DNA of 56,764 nt from an uncultured Ruminococcus sp. (GTDB taxonomy: Bacteria; Bacillota; Clostridia; Oscillospirales; Acutalibacteraceae): assembly GCA_902796475.1 (NCBI GenBank), contig CADBPE010000013.1, forward strand, positions 1 through 56,764. Direction: 5' to 3'. A model generated the notes under the pieces. That model was not told where the DNA came from, searched no databases, and worked only from the letters and a program-made list of their open reading frames with translations. A program made the translations under genes and the position numbers. Shown piece after piece: positions 17,944-27,500 of this stretch. Position 1 is the first letter of the stretch; each line of letters starts with the position of its first letter.

Positions 17944-18013
17944 GGAAATCAATTCTGACTTGCAAGTTACACTGGGGGAACCCCTTTGTTAGGAACAAAG
18001 GGTTCTCCCCCAG
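17944..18013 (-). repeat. Type-A element, copy A2 (hairpin 17972-18013 plus box 17944-17952)
   Basis: CTGGGGGAACCCCTTTGTT-AGG-AACAAAGGGTTCTCCCCCAG. On the minus strand this is followed by GTGTAACTTGCAAGTCAGAATTGATTTCC. Confidence 0.85.
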
Positions 18014-18084
18014 ACCCCCTTCCTAAAAAACTTGTATTTTATTATAGCTTATAGAGATACCATATAAAAACCGGAATTTTTATA

Positions 18085-18113
18085 TTGACAAGCATGATTA
18101 GACGTGTTAAACT
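18085..18113 (+). promoter_or_regulatory. Promoter upstream of the HMA gene (TTGACA-N17-TAAACT)
   Basis: -35 at 18085-18090 and -10 at 18108-18113. It leaves a leader of about 170 nt containing a CGTCGGG...CCCGACG stem. Confidence 0.45.
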
Positions 18114-18289
18114 GTATGCAAAGATTAGATAAAACTAACCGGTTCCGGCGCGCTTGTGCCGGATATTATCAAGACCGTCGGGTCAGCTTGCTCTGATTAG
18201 TATAATTTGCTCCCGACGATATATCGGGTATCTTCTTTTCACGCTTTCTTAACGGATATGATGATAATATAATAAAAAGGAGAAGGATC

Positions 18290-18553
18290 ATGGTCAAAAC
18301 AATACTGAAAATTGATGGAATGATGTGTTCAATGTGTGAATGTCATGTGAACGACACAATTCGGCAGCATTTCAAAGTAAAAAAAGTCAGCTCGTCCCAC
18401 TCAAAGGGAACGGCTGAGATCATCAGTGAGGAACCTCTCGATGAAAGCGCTGTGTGTGATGAGATCTATAAAACAGGCTATAAGGTGCTGGAACTGAAAA
18501 CAGAGCCATACGAAAAGAGAGGTTTTTCTTTGAAGGAGCTTTTTCACAAATAA
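18290..18553 (+). CDS. Heavy-metal-associated (HMA) domain protein
   Basis: GMMCSMC metal-binding motif near the N-terminus. 87 aa. AAGGAGAAGG SD. Confidence 0.8.
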   Translation: MVKTILKIDGMMCSMCECHVNDTIRQHFKVKKVSSSHSKGTAEIISEEPLDESAVCDEIYKTGYKVLELKTEPYEKRGFSLKELFHK

Positions 18554-18655
18554 TACAGTTTGATGATGACGCTTACAGAGGAAAGCGCTCATCGATCCGA
18601 TCCGGCGGCGCAAAGATGCCTGCCTGTCTGAAAAAAGAGAAAGGAAGGAAAGAAA

Positions 18656-19357
18656 ATGTCTATCGTAGCATTTGAAAACGTCACAAGGGTCTATAAAACA
18701 GGAGAGCATGAGCTTAAAGCCCTCGATAAGGTGAATTTCACACTCGATGAGGGTAAGTTCGTTGTTATCCTCGGACCGTCAGGCGCCGGCAAAAGTACGC
18801 TGCTTAATATGCTGGGCGGTCTTGACAGCCCGACGGAAGGAACGATAACCGTAAACGGCAAGGATATTTCCAAGCTCAGCGATAATGAACTTGCGGATTT
18901 TCGCGCTTCAACGGTTGGCTTTGTGTTCCAGTTCTATAATCTTATCCCCACACTGACGGTATATGAAAATGTGGAGCTGGTGTCGGAAATATCAAAAAAT
19001 CATCTTGATGCAAAGCAAATGATCGCAGAGGTCGGACTTTCCGAGCATCTGCATAATTTTCCGTCTGAGCTTTCGGGCGGCGAGCAGCAGAGAGTGTCTA
19101 TTGCAAGGGCGCTGTGCAAGAATCCGCAGGTGCTTCTTTGCGACGAACCGACAGGCGCGCTTGATTCTGACACGGGCGTAATGGTGCTGAAGCTTCTTCT
19201 TAAAATGGCGAAAAGCTACGGCAAGACCATCGTTATCGTCACGCATAATCAGAGTATCGCAAAAATGGCTGATGTGGTCATACGCGTGAAAAACGGAAAA
19301 ATACGCTCCATCGAGGAACAGAAGAATCCGATGAGTGCAGACGAGGTGGAATGGTGA
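18656..19357 (+). CDS. ABC transporter ATP-binding protein (MacB/LolD/FtsE-type)
   Basis: [24 protein letters not shown] and [11 protein letters not shown] motifs. Confidence 0.9.
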   Translation: MSIVAFENVTRVYKTGEHELKALDKVNFTLDEGKFVVILGPSGAGKSTLLNMLGGLDSPTEGTITVNGKDISKLSDNELADFRASTVGFVFQFYNLIPTLTVYENVELVSEISKNHLDAKQMIAEVGLSEHLHNFPSELSGGEQQRVSIARALCKNPQVLLCDEPTGALDSDTGVMVLKLLLKMAKSYGKTIVIVTHNQSIAKMADVVIRVKNGKIRSIEEQKNPMSADEVEW

Positions 19358-21744
19358 TGCTGATACGCAAATTGTTTCGTACCGCATGGAGCTATAAAGC
19401 TCAGTTTATCTCCATGATAATTATGATAACTCTCGGCATGGGTATCTTTCTCGGATTCAATATGGAGTGGTACACTATCGAATACGATACGTCACGCTTT
19501 TTTGCCGATACGGGATATGCAGACTACCGCCTGTATTCGCAGGATGGCTTTACCTCGCACGAGTTTGACAGGATCGCTTCAATTGACGGTGTGGATGCGG
19601 CAACACGCTTCATGTCGGTGAATCTTGACGTAAAGGGCGAAAATAACAAGTCGCTTGCGCTTGACGTCAGCGAGAACTTCACCGTTTCGACCTTTGTTGT
19701 CATGGACGGCGAGGAATATGACAAAAACAGTGACGGCTTCTGGCTTTCGGATAAATTTGCAAATGCCAACGGATATAAGACGGGCGATGAACTGACTCTT
19801 TCGTTTCAGGGCATGGACGTCAGCGGGAAGATCGTTGGCCTGATAAAATCCGGCGAGCACATGATATGCGTAGCCGACAAGAATCAGATGATGCCCGATT
19901 ACAGCACATACGGATATGCCTATATGACGCCGAAAAAGCTGAGGTATGTCATTCGTGAAAAAACGAAGGGCGTTATGACCGAAAAGCTGAAACAAGCCGG
20001 TGTTCCGGACAGCATGATAAGCGAAAAGCTTGAAGAGATGCTTACTGACGAGGCTCTGAATGAAGCCGAAAGCAAGGTCTATGCGCAGATAAACCTGCTC
20101 TCGGAGAAAGACAAGGAGAGCCTTGAGGAAGCCGTTAAGGACAAGCTCGGCAAAACGATCATGGTAACGCCGAAGGATGACCATGTTGTTTATAAAGAAG
20201 CTATGGGCGAATCGCAGGAAGGCAAGACAATGGGCTCCGTCCTGCCGGTGCTGTTCCTTGCAATAGCCATACTTACAATGGTAACGACTATGCACCGTAT
20301 CGCCACAAAAGAGAAGATACAGATAGGCACCCTGAAAGCCCTCGGCTTCAAGAACCGCCGTATACTGCGGCACTATACCTCTTACGGGCTGTTTATAGGC
20401 ATTGTGGGAACGCTGCTCGGCTCGGTACTCGGACTTCTGGTCTGCAAGGCGGTCATGAGCGAAAACGGCATGATGGGAACATATTTCGATATGCCCGACT
20501 GGACAGCGGCAGCGCCGTTTTTCTGCTATCCCGTTATGCTCGGAACTATTCTTTTTCTGACCATCATCAGCTATCTTTCGGTTTATCGTCAGCTCAGGGG
20601 GACGGCTGCCGAAACTCTGCGTCCGTACACCCCAAAGAAAATGCGAAAGACCCTGCTTGAACGCACAAAGCTGTGGAACAGGCTGCGTTTCGGAACAAAA
20701 TGGAACCTTCGTGACCTCAGCCGTCACAAGAGCCGCTCTTTTATGACGCTTTTCGGCATTGTGGGCTGTATGGTGCTTATGGTGGGCGGTCTTGGAATGC
20801 GTGACACAATGGCGGGCTTTCTTGAACTGCTGGATAAGGACATCTCCAATTATTCCACAAAGGTCAATCTCATCGACAACGCCGACAGCGCAAGGGCAAA
20901 GGCGCTCGCCGCAGAGCTTAACGGCGACTGGGAGGCTCTTACGGGCATCAGTCTTGACGGAGACACCGTCACCCTTGATATAATACACAATCCGGCTCAA
21001 AAACTCAATGTGATCGACGAGGATAACCGCCGCATTGATCTGAGCGGCGAGGGCGTTTATCTGTGTCTGCGTCTTAAGGACAAGGCACAGATCGGAGAAA
21101 ATATTTCGTTCTCGCCCTACGGCTCAAAGGAAACGTATACAGCCAAGGTCATAGGCTACAACCGTTCGATCATGACAGAAAGCGTGACGCTGACTGATAC
21201 GCTTGCGGACAAGCTCGGTATTGATTACACGCCGACATCTGTTTACACTGATACCGGTATCAGCGATATTCCTTCTGATGACATAATTTCCGGCAAGCAG
21301 GACAAGGCTCAGCTTATGGCGACATTCAACAGCTTTGTCAGCATTATGGACGGCATGGTGATTATTCTGGTCATCGCCGCCGCTGTGCTGGGTATTGTTG
21401 TTCTGTACAATCTGGGGATAATGAGCTATGTGGAGCGCTCCCGTGAGCTTGCAACCTTAAAGATCCTTGGCTTCCGCAACAAACAGATCGGCAGGCTGCT
21501 CATCTCTCAGAATATATGGCTGACGGTCATCGGCGTTATCATCGGACTTCCGGCAGGCGTAGGGGTCCTGAACTGGATGGTCACTGCTCTTGCGGGAGAG
21601 TATGAGATGAAGCTCATGCTCGGACCCTTGACTTATTGTGTTTCTATCCTTCTGACCTTTGGCGTTTCGCTGCTTGTCGGCATGATGGTCGCCAAAAAGA
21701 ACAGGAAGATAGATATGGTCGAAGCCCTGAAAGGCTCGGAGTGA
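19351..21744 (+). CDS. FtsX-family ABC permease (two FtsX modules)
   Basis: 797-aa polytopic protein with large extracytoplasmic loops. The start overlaps the ATPase stop; ATG 19351 or 19357 are both possible. Confidence 0.85.
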   Translation: MVMLIRKLFRTAWSYKAQFISMIIMITLGMGIFLGFNMEWYTIEYDTSRFFADTGYADYRLYSQDGFTSHEFDRIASIDGVDAATRFMSVNLDVKGENNKSLALDVSENFTVSTFVVMDGEEYDKNSDGFWLSDKFANANGYKTGDELTLSFQGMDVSGKIVGLIKSGEHMICVADKNQMMPDYSTYGYAYMTPKKLRYVIREKTKGVMTEKLKQAGVPDSMISEKLEEMLTDEALNEAESKVYAQINLLSEKDKESLEEAVKDKLGKTIMVTPKDDHVVYKEAMGESQEGKTMGSVLPVLFLAIAILTMVTTMHRIATKEKIQIGTLKALGFKNRRILRHYTSYGLFIGIVGTLLGSVLGLLVCKAVMSENGMMGTYFDMPDWTAAAPFFCYPVMLGTILFLTIISYLSVYRQLRGTAAETLRPYTPKKMRKTLLERTKLWNRLRFGTKWNLRDLSRHKSRSFMTLFGIVGCMVLMVGGLGMRDTMAGFLELLDKDISNYSTKVNLIDNADSARAKALAAELNGDWEALTGISLDGDTVTLDIIHNPAQKLNVIDEDNRRIDLSGEGVYLCLRLKDKAQIGENISFSPYGSKETYTAKVIGYNRSIMTESVTLTDTLADKLGIDYTPTSVYTDTGISDIPSDDIISGKQDKAQLMATFNSFVSIMDGMVIILVIAAAVLGIVVLYNLGIMSYVERSRELATLKILGFRNKQIGRLLISQNIWLTVIGVIIGLPAGVGVLNWMVTALAGEYEMKLMLGPLTYCVSILLTFGVSLLVGMMVAKKNRKIDMVEALKGSE

Positions 21745-21761
21745 CGCTAAAAGAAGAATAT

Positions 21762-21856
21762 CCCCTGAAGGCGCATAAAACCTTCAGGGGATAGCTGCTG
21801 CCGGATCTTCCGCCGGAAACACTGCGGAAAAGCGGCAGCAATTTTTTGTGTTTTTT
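21762..21856. terminator. Convergent terminator region (two hairpins)
   Basis: CCCCTGAAGG/CCTTCAGGGG (21762-21790) and GCTGCCG...CGGCAGC followed by a T6 run (21797-21847). Confidence 0.55.
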
Positions 21857-23075
21857 ATCTTTGACTTGTGCATATCATCATTTTGCCGTTTACGGTGAGA
21901 ACGCCCTTGGTCTTTTTTATCGCAGGCGAGGCGGGAGGAATGAAAAACGCAGCCGATATGCTGCTGCATTCGATCTTGCCAAGGTTTGTCAGACAGTAGC
22001 CATCGGGCGAACCAAAACCGAATACGCTCTTGCCGACGTATGATGCCGCTCTGCTCTTGAAGCCGTCCTTCGCAGCCATAAATGAGGCGTCGAGCAGGGA
22101 AGGAGTGAGATTTGCATAGCACTGCAGCGACAGAAAAAGGTCGGAGGACTTTTCAAGTATCTTTTGCACTGCTTTATGTACCTCTTTCGCAAGCACAAAC
22201 GGATCACGAGCCTTTTTCCTGACAGTTACGGAAAAGGCCGACGAGAAATTCCCAAGCGATCCCGGCACATAGAAATCCAGCTTGTCCCTTATGTCGCTGG
22301 CAATAATGATCTTGTCGGTGCCTTCATCAATGAACATTTTTGCAAGCAGAAAATCGTTTATGGTTATGCCGATATCTCTGCAGGCGTTTGACGTCCTTGA
22401 AAGCTCGTCCTTGTCTATGCGCTTCATCAGATGGCGTACCTTGTTTTCCTGTACGAACTTGTCGGCAAATTCGTGGTACTCATCGTAAGAGATCGGCTTG
22501 CGCCTTTCGAGCGCCCAGTCACGGTTGCCTCTGTCTATCATCATGCGGTTTATCAATGACATTTTTGAGTCTTTCGGAAGATCGTTTACTGAGGATATCA
22601 GCTTTTCGGGAGCATCGGGCGGCATGATCCTGTCAGCATAGAGGTTCGCAAGCTCGGCAGCAAGGTTCAGAGCGCCCCGTCCGTCCGCTAAAAGATGATG
22701 AAAGACCATCAGAAAGCAGGTGTACCTGCCCATTTTCCACACCGAGACCTTGAGCATGCCTTCGGCTACCAGATCCCAGTCATATTCGGTCATGCGCTCA
22801 AATTCGCTTATTATTTCCGAAGCTTCTATACCCGAAAGCTCATTTTCGTTGAAGATTATCTCTATGCTTGAACCGTCTGTTATGTCATAAAAGTAGTTGT
22901 TAGTTTCCTCCTCAAATCCAAGGAAGGCTTTAAGAAACGGATGCGCGCCGGCAAGGGTGTTAAAGGCTCGCCGTACCTTGATCTTGTCAAATTCGGCCTT
23001 TACCTTCAGAGCAATGCCGAAGCACATTCCCGGACACATCAGATGCGCCCTTTCCGTAAACAGATATTCCATCAC
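21855..23075 (-). CDS. Stand-alone condensation/acyltransferase-like protein (HHxxxDG family)
   Basis: FHHLLADGRG matches the HHxxxDG catalytic motif of NRPS C-domains and the WS/DGAT/PapA5-type fold. 406 aa. AAGGAG SD, with GTG 23075 or ATG 23072 as start. Confidence 0.65.
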   Translation of the reverse strand: MMEYLFTERAHLMCPGMCFGIALKVKAEFDKIKVRRAFNTLAGAHPFLKAFLGFEEETNNYFYDITDGSSIEIIFNENELSGIEASEIISEFERMTEYDWDLVAEGMLKVSVWKMGRYTCFLMVFHHLLADGRGALNLAAELANLYADRIMPPDAPEKLISSVNDLPKDSKMSLINRMMIDRGNRDWALERRKPISYDEYHEFADKFVQENKVRHLMKRIDKDELSRTSNACRDIGITINDFLLAKMFIDEGTDKIIIASDIRDKLDFYVPGSLGNFSSAFSVTVRKKARDPFVLAKEVHKAVQKILEKSSDLFLSLQCYANLTPSLLDASFMAAKDGFKSRAASYVGKSVFGFGSPDGYCLTNLGKIECSSISAAFFIPPASPAIKKTKGVLTVNGKMMICTSQR

Positions 23076-23489
23076 AGATGCATCTCCTTGTGAAATGAAT
23101 GATTTTAAAGTTATAACAATATAGCGTTGTTTGTCTTTGCTGCGGCAGTATGCTTGTGCAGAGTGCCGCCATTTATGTAATTATATCATAATTTTATAAG
23201 AAAAAGTATGACTAATTCCTGACAAAGTTGTTAATAAATAATAAATAAATCACAAAAAAGCAATGGCTTTATAGTTAAAATTATAAATTTGAAAATAAAA
23301 CAGAGAATATGCAGTTACGTTTGCGAAAAATATAAAGAAAATTCCCGTGAAGAAACAATATGTAAATATTTTATAAAAAATATCCTTGGAAAATGTCAAA
23401 ATTTGATGTAAAGTGTTGTTGATTTTTCGCATACAAATAAATATAATTTTATCAGTACAAAAAAATACTTTTTGAAAGGATGTTCTTTT

Positions 23490-24395
23490 ATGAAATCAAA
23501 GGTTTGGAAACTCTTAGCTGTAGCTATGGCAGCAGCGCTTATCGCTTGCGCAGGCGCAGGCTGCGGCAATAAAGACAACAAGTCACAGCAGAGCTCAACG
23601 ACATCTGCCGCATCAACGACCGAGTCTGCTGCTTCAGCTGAAGAAAGCAAGAAGGAAGAGAGCAAGGCTGAGGAAAGCAAAAAGGAAGAAAGCAAGACTG
23701 AGGAGAGCAAGACAGAAGAAAGCAAGACCGAAGAGAGCAAGACCGAGGAATCCTCCGAGGAGCCAAGTGAGGAGTCCGAAGAAGAGTCTGAGCAGGAGTC
23801 TGAGGAGGAGTCCGAGGAGGAGTCCGAGGAAGAATCACCTGCAGCGACCGAGATCACGGCTGCTGATGTTGCCGGCTGCTATGAGTACGGTACAGGCGAT
23901 CAGTATATTGGCTTTATTCTTTCCGATGACGGCAACCTTAACTACAGAACGTCAAACGGATACACAATGAACGGCAATTGGGCGCTTGAGGGCACAAAGG
24001 TTACAATGCATATAGCCGGCGGCGCACAGTCAGTAGAATATCAGGACGGCAAGCTGGTCGATGACAGCGGTTCAGAGCTTACTGCGGTAGAATCTCTTTC
24101 CGTAGAGGATAATACCGACAATATTGTTTTGCAGGCGGCTACGTCAGGCACTTGGTACCGTTCCACAGATGACGGCGTAAATGTCAGCTTCACTCTTAAT
24201 GAGGACGGAACAGGCAGCTACATTGCCGGCGCTCAGGAGTTTACCGCTACATGGGAGGTATCGGACGGCGGTCTGACGATCTATGTTGAGGGCGGCGCAG
24301 AGAGACTGATATTCGGTATTTCTGCTGACGAATCGATCAAATTTGTTGATCCTGAGGGCACATACTCATTCAGTAAGTATACCGGCGAAGAATAA
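23490..24395 (+). CDS. Lipoprotein with acidic EESK/EES repeat linker
   Basis: MKSKVWKLLAVAMAAALIAC lipobox, then (K/T)EESK x8 and SEE repeats, then two similar beta-rich modules. Confidence 0.7.
   Translation: MKSKVWKLLAVAMAAALIACAGAGCGNKDNKSQQSSTTSAASTTESAASAEESKKEESKAEESKKEESKTEESKTEESKTEESKTEESSEEPSEESEEESEQESEEESEEESEEESPAATEITAADVAGCYEYGTGDQYIGFILSDDGNLNYRTSNGYTMNGNWALEGTKVTMHIAGGAQSVEYQDGKLVDDSGSELTAVESLSVEDNTDNIVLQAATSGTWYRSTDDGVNVSFTLNEDGTGSYIAGAQEFTATWEVSDGGLTIYVEGGAERLIFGISADESIKFVDPEGTYSFSKYTGEE
23639..23835 (+). repeat. In-frame 15-bp and 9-12-bp tandem repeats (EESK/SEE)
   Basis: GAAGAAAGCAAGACN-type units repeated about 8 times, then GAGGAGTCC-type units. Confidence 0.85.
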
Positions 24396-24419
24396 TTGAC
24401 CGTCGCATAATAAAAAACG

Positions 24420-24452
24420 GCAGCATCTGTTAAAAGCAGGTGCTGCTTTTTT
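24420..24452 (+). terminator. Rho-independent terminator
   Basis: 10-bp stem GCAGCATCTG/CAGGTGCTGC (one G-U pair) followed by T6. Confidence 0.8.
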
Positions 24453-24508
24453 GTATGATCTATAAACATGGTAAATTTGCCAAAATATTATCTTTTGCGC
24501 TTATTTAC

Positions 24509-24537
24509 TTGAATAGACTGTTTGATTTTGGTATAAT
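24509..24537 (+). promoter_or_regulatory. Promoter of the HD-GYP sensor gene (TTGAAT-N17-TATAAT)
   Basis: -35 at 24509-24514 and -10 at 24532-24537. Confidence 0.6.
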
Positions 24538-24596
24538 ATGATCGTATCTTTATTTTAGTGCAATAAAGCGTAAAATTCCGGGGAGAATGGTAAGCT

Positions 24597-27500
24597 ATGA
24601 AAATATTAAATAAACCGGACAGTCTCAAAAAGAGCATGCTGAGGGCTGTTATATCGCTTGCGGCTGCGGCACTGTTCCTTGTGTATGGTTCCGGAATGAT
24701 GATGTGTCCGGCAGCCTGGGCGGAAACAAACGCCGTAGAGGAGGATCTTTTCGACCCCGTCGGAGAGGACGAGGGATATTCGGCTACGCTTTACGATAAT
24801 ACAAACGGACTGCCAACATCTGAGGTAAACGCTATTGCTCAGGATGTCGAGGGCTTTATCTGGATAGGCAGCTATGGCGGTCTTGTAAGATATGACGGCA
24901 GCAGCTTTACTCAGGTTGGTATTACCGAAGGCGTTACAGGTGTGCGCTGCCTGCACGTTGACAGCAAGGACAGGCTCTGGCTCGGCACGACCGACAATGG
25001 CGCAGCCTTTATGGAAAAAGAAAAATTTCATTTCTTTGACGAACTGCGCTCGATCACAGTGTACAGCATTTGCGAGGACAGCAGCGGTATGGTTTATCTT
25101 GCCACACAGGAAGGCATTTTTATGTACGATACCAACAGCGATGAAGAAAAGAGCGTAAGACTGGATGACAGCCGTATCACCATAATATACACGGAAGAGC
25201 TTAAACTTGGCGCAGACGGCTGTGTTTACGGCCTTACGGCGGACAACGATATTTTTTCGCTCAGGGACGGCAAGGTGTTCAACTTTGTAAAGCGTGAGGA
25301 CACGGGCATTGAAAATATATCCTGCATGATGCCGGATTCTCTCGAATCCGGGAAAATATATATAGGCACCCATGAGGGCGTTGTCGCTCACGGTTCGCTT
25401 GCAAAGGGCTTCACTGCGGATACGCTTGTAAACATATCGCCGCTGGTGAATCTTATAAGGATAGATTATGTGGTCGATAATGTATGGCTCTGCGCATCAA
25501 ACGGCGTAGGCGTTCTTACGGAGGATAAGGTCAAGGTGCCGAAGCATTTCCCGCTGGATGCCTCTGTCGGTCATGTAATGAAGGATTATCAGGATAATCT
25601 TTGGTTCACCTCTGACAGACAGGGCGTTATGAAGATAGTCAAAAACCGCTTTACCGACATTTACAAGCACTTCGATATGCCTAAAAAGGTAGTAAACGCC
25701 ACCTGTATGCTTGACGACAAGCTTTTTGTTGCCACCGATTCCGGTCTGACCGTGATAGGAGAGAACGGTCCGGAGGAAAAGCTGCTTATGGACAAAAAGA
25801 TCCGTATCCACGATAAAAACGAGGAAACGGATGATCTTATCAAGCTGCTGACCGACTGCCGCATACGCTGTATAATGCGTGACAGCAGGGACAGGCTGTG
25901 GTTTTCTACATGGTGCAGCTATGGCCTTATATGCTACGATAAAGGAAAGGTGACTGTCTACGATGAGAAAAGCGGGCTTATTTCCGACAGATTAAGGGGT
26001 CTTTGCGAGACCTCAGACGGTTCTGTTCTTGTGTCGCTTACAGGCGGAGTGTGCGTTATAAAGGACGGCGCTGTGCAGAAGTCCTTCAGCACTGAGAACG
26101 GCCTGAAGAACTGCGATATGCTCACGGTTGCCGAAGGCTCGGACGGCGAGATACTTCTCGGCTCCAACGGTTATGGCATATATGTTATCGACAGGGACGG
26201 CAGTGTCAGAAACGTAGGACTTGAGGACGGTCTGATGTCAAAAACGATAATGCGCATAAAGAAGGACAGAAAGCGTGATCTTTACTGGATAGTTTCCAGC
26301 AATTCATTGGCATACATGACGCCTGATTTTAAGGTGAAGACTATCGATCGTTTCCCTTACAGCAACAACTTTGACATTTATCAGAACAGCAGCGACGAAA
26401 TGTGGGTGCTGTCGAGCGCCGGAGTTTTTGCCGATTCTACCGAAAGGATACTTGGAAATTCGGATATCAACCCGATATTCTACGGTATCTCAAACGGTAT
26501 GCCGTATATTTCAACAGCAAACTCATACAGCTTTCTTACCGATGACGGAGAGCTTTTTATTGCCGGTAACAAGGGCGTTATCAGGGCAAATATAGAGTCG
26601 ATCTTTCAGCGTGATACGGATCTGAAAGCTGTCGTGCCTTATATCGACGCCGACGGCGAAAGGATATTCCCTGACGAAAAGGGCGTTTTCCGCGTTACGT
26701 CAAGGGTAAAGAAGCTCACGATATACAGCTATGTATTAAACTATTCTCTCAGTACGCTCAGAGTTTCGTATCATCTTGAAGGCTTTGAGGATACCGAGAC
26801 CACCGTTGAAAGGAATGCTCTTTCGCCCATAGATTACACTAATCTTCACGGCGGAGAATACACCTTTGTTATGAATATAAAATCCCCTGACAGCATCATA
26901 AACAAGACTATGAACGTAAAAATAGTTAAGGAACGGGCTTTTTATGAACAGCTGTGGTTTTATATCATTACAGGTCTTATCATAATAATTATTATGATAG
27001 TCGGTGTCAGATTCTACATAAACGCCAAGCTGCGCATGCTGGAAAAGAAGGAAAAGGAAAGCATGATACTTGTACACGAGATAACCGAGGCGTTTGCAAA
27101 GGTGATAGATATGAAGGATGCCTATACCAACGGTCATTCTACAAGAGTGGCAAGGTACACGGCAATGCTTGCCAAGGAGCTTGGCTATGATGATGAAACG
27201 ATCGAGAAATACTACCATATCGCGCTTCTGCACGATATCGGAAAGGTAGGCGTACCGTCGGAGGTACTGAATAAGCCCGGCAAGCTTACCGATGAGGAAT
27301 TCGAGATAGTCAAGTCGCACGCATCTCTGGGCTACGGCGCTCTTGAAGGGATAAGCATAATGCCGGAGCTTTCTCTGGGGGCGCAGTCTCACCACGAAAG
27401 ACCTGACGGCAAGGGCTACCCGAATCATCTTAAAGGCAATGAGATACCGAGAGTAGCTCAGATAATTGCTGTTGCCGACTGTTTTGATGCAATGTATTCA

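Noticed and set aside
1-18013. Type-A hairpins at 3-44 and 17972-18013 as terminal inverted repeats of a 18-kb composite mobile element or invertible segment.
   Set aside because: There is no transposase, integrase or invertase in between. The content is housekeeping (proBA, asparaginase, xth, ABC systems). The hairpins are themselves palindromic, so orientation is uninformative. Further copies occur elsewhere singly.
18114-18289. Possible metal-sensing riboswitch or CopY/CsoR operator in the ~170-nt leader of the HMA gene.
   Set aside because: I could find only a simple CGTCGGG...CCCGACG stem. There is no match to a riboswitch class or to the TACAnnTGTA cop box that I can recognise by eye.
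19579-21000. Very long antisense ORFs inside real genes: 473 aa here, plus 24606-25391, 26736-27428, 11043-11873, 49728-50498 and 46530-47105.
   Set aside because: Each is in the frame exactly codon-aligned with the sense gene (same coordinate modulo 3). Their stop-freeness follows from the sense genes avoiding TTA, CTA and TCA codons. Their products are low-complexity or Arg/Cys-rich with no SD. They are shadow ORFs, not overlapping genes.
23396-23857. 153-aa ORF rich in SSDSSSDS and LLSSVLLSS, antisense to the lipoprotein gene.
   Set aside because: It is the reverse-complement reading of the EESK/SEE tandem repeats. The sense gene has a lipoprotein signal and an SD, and this ORF has neither.
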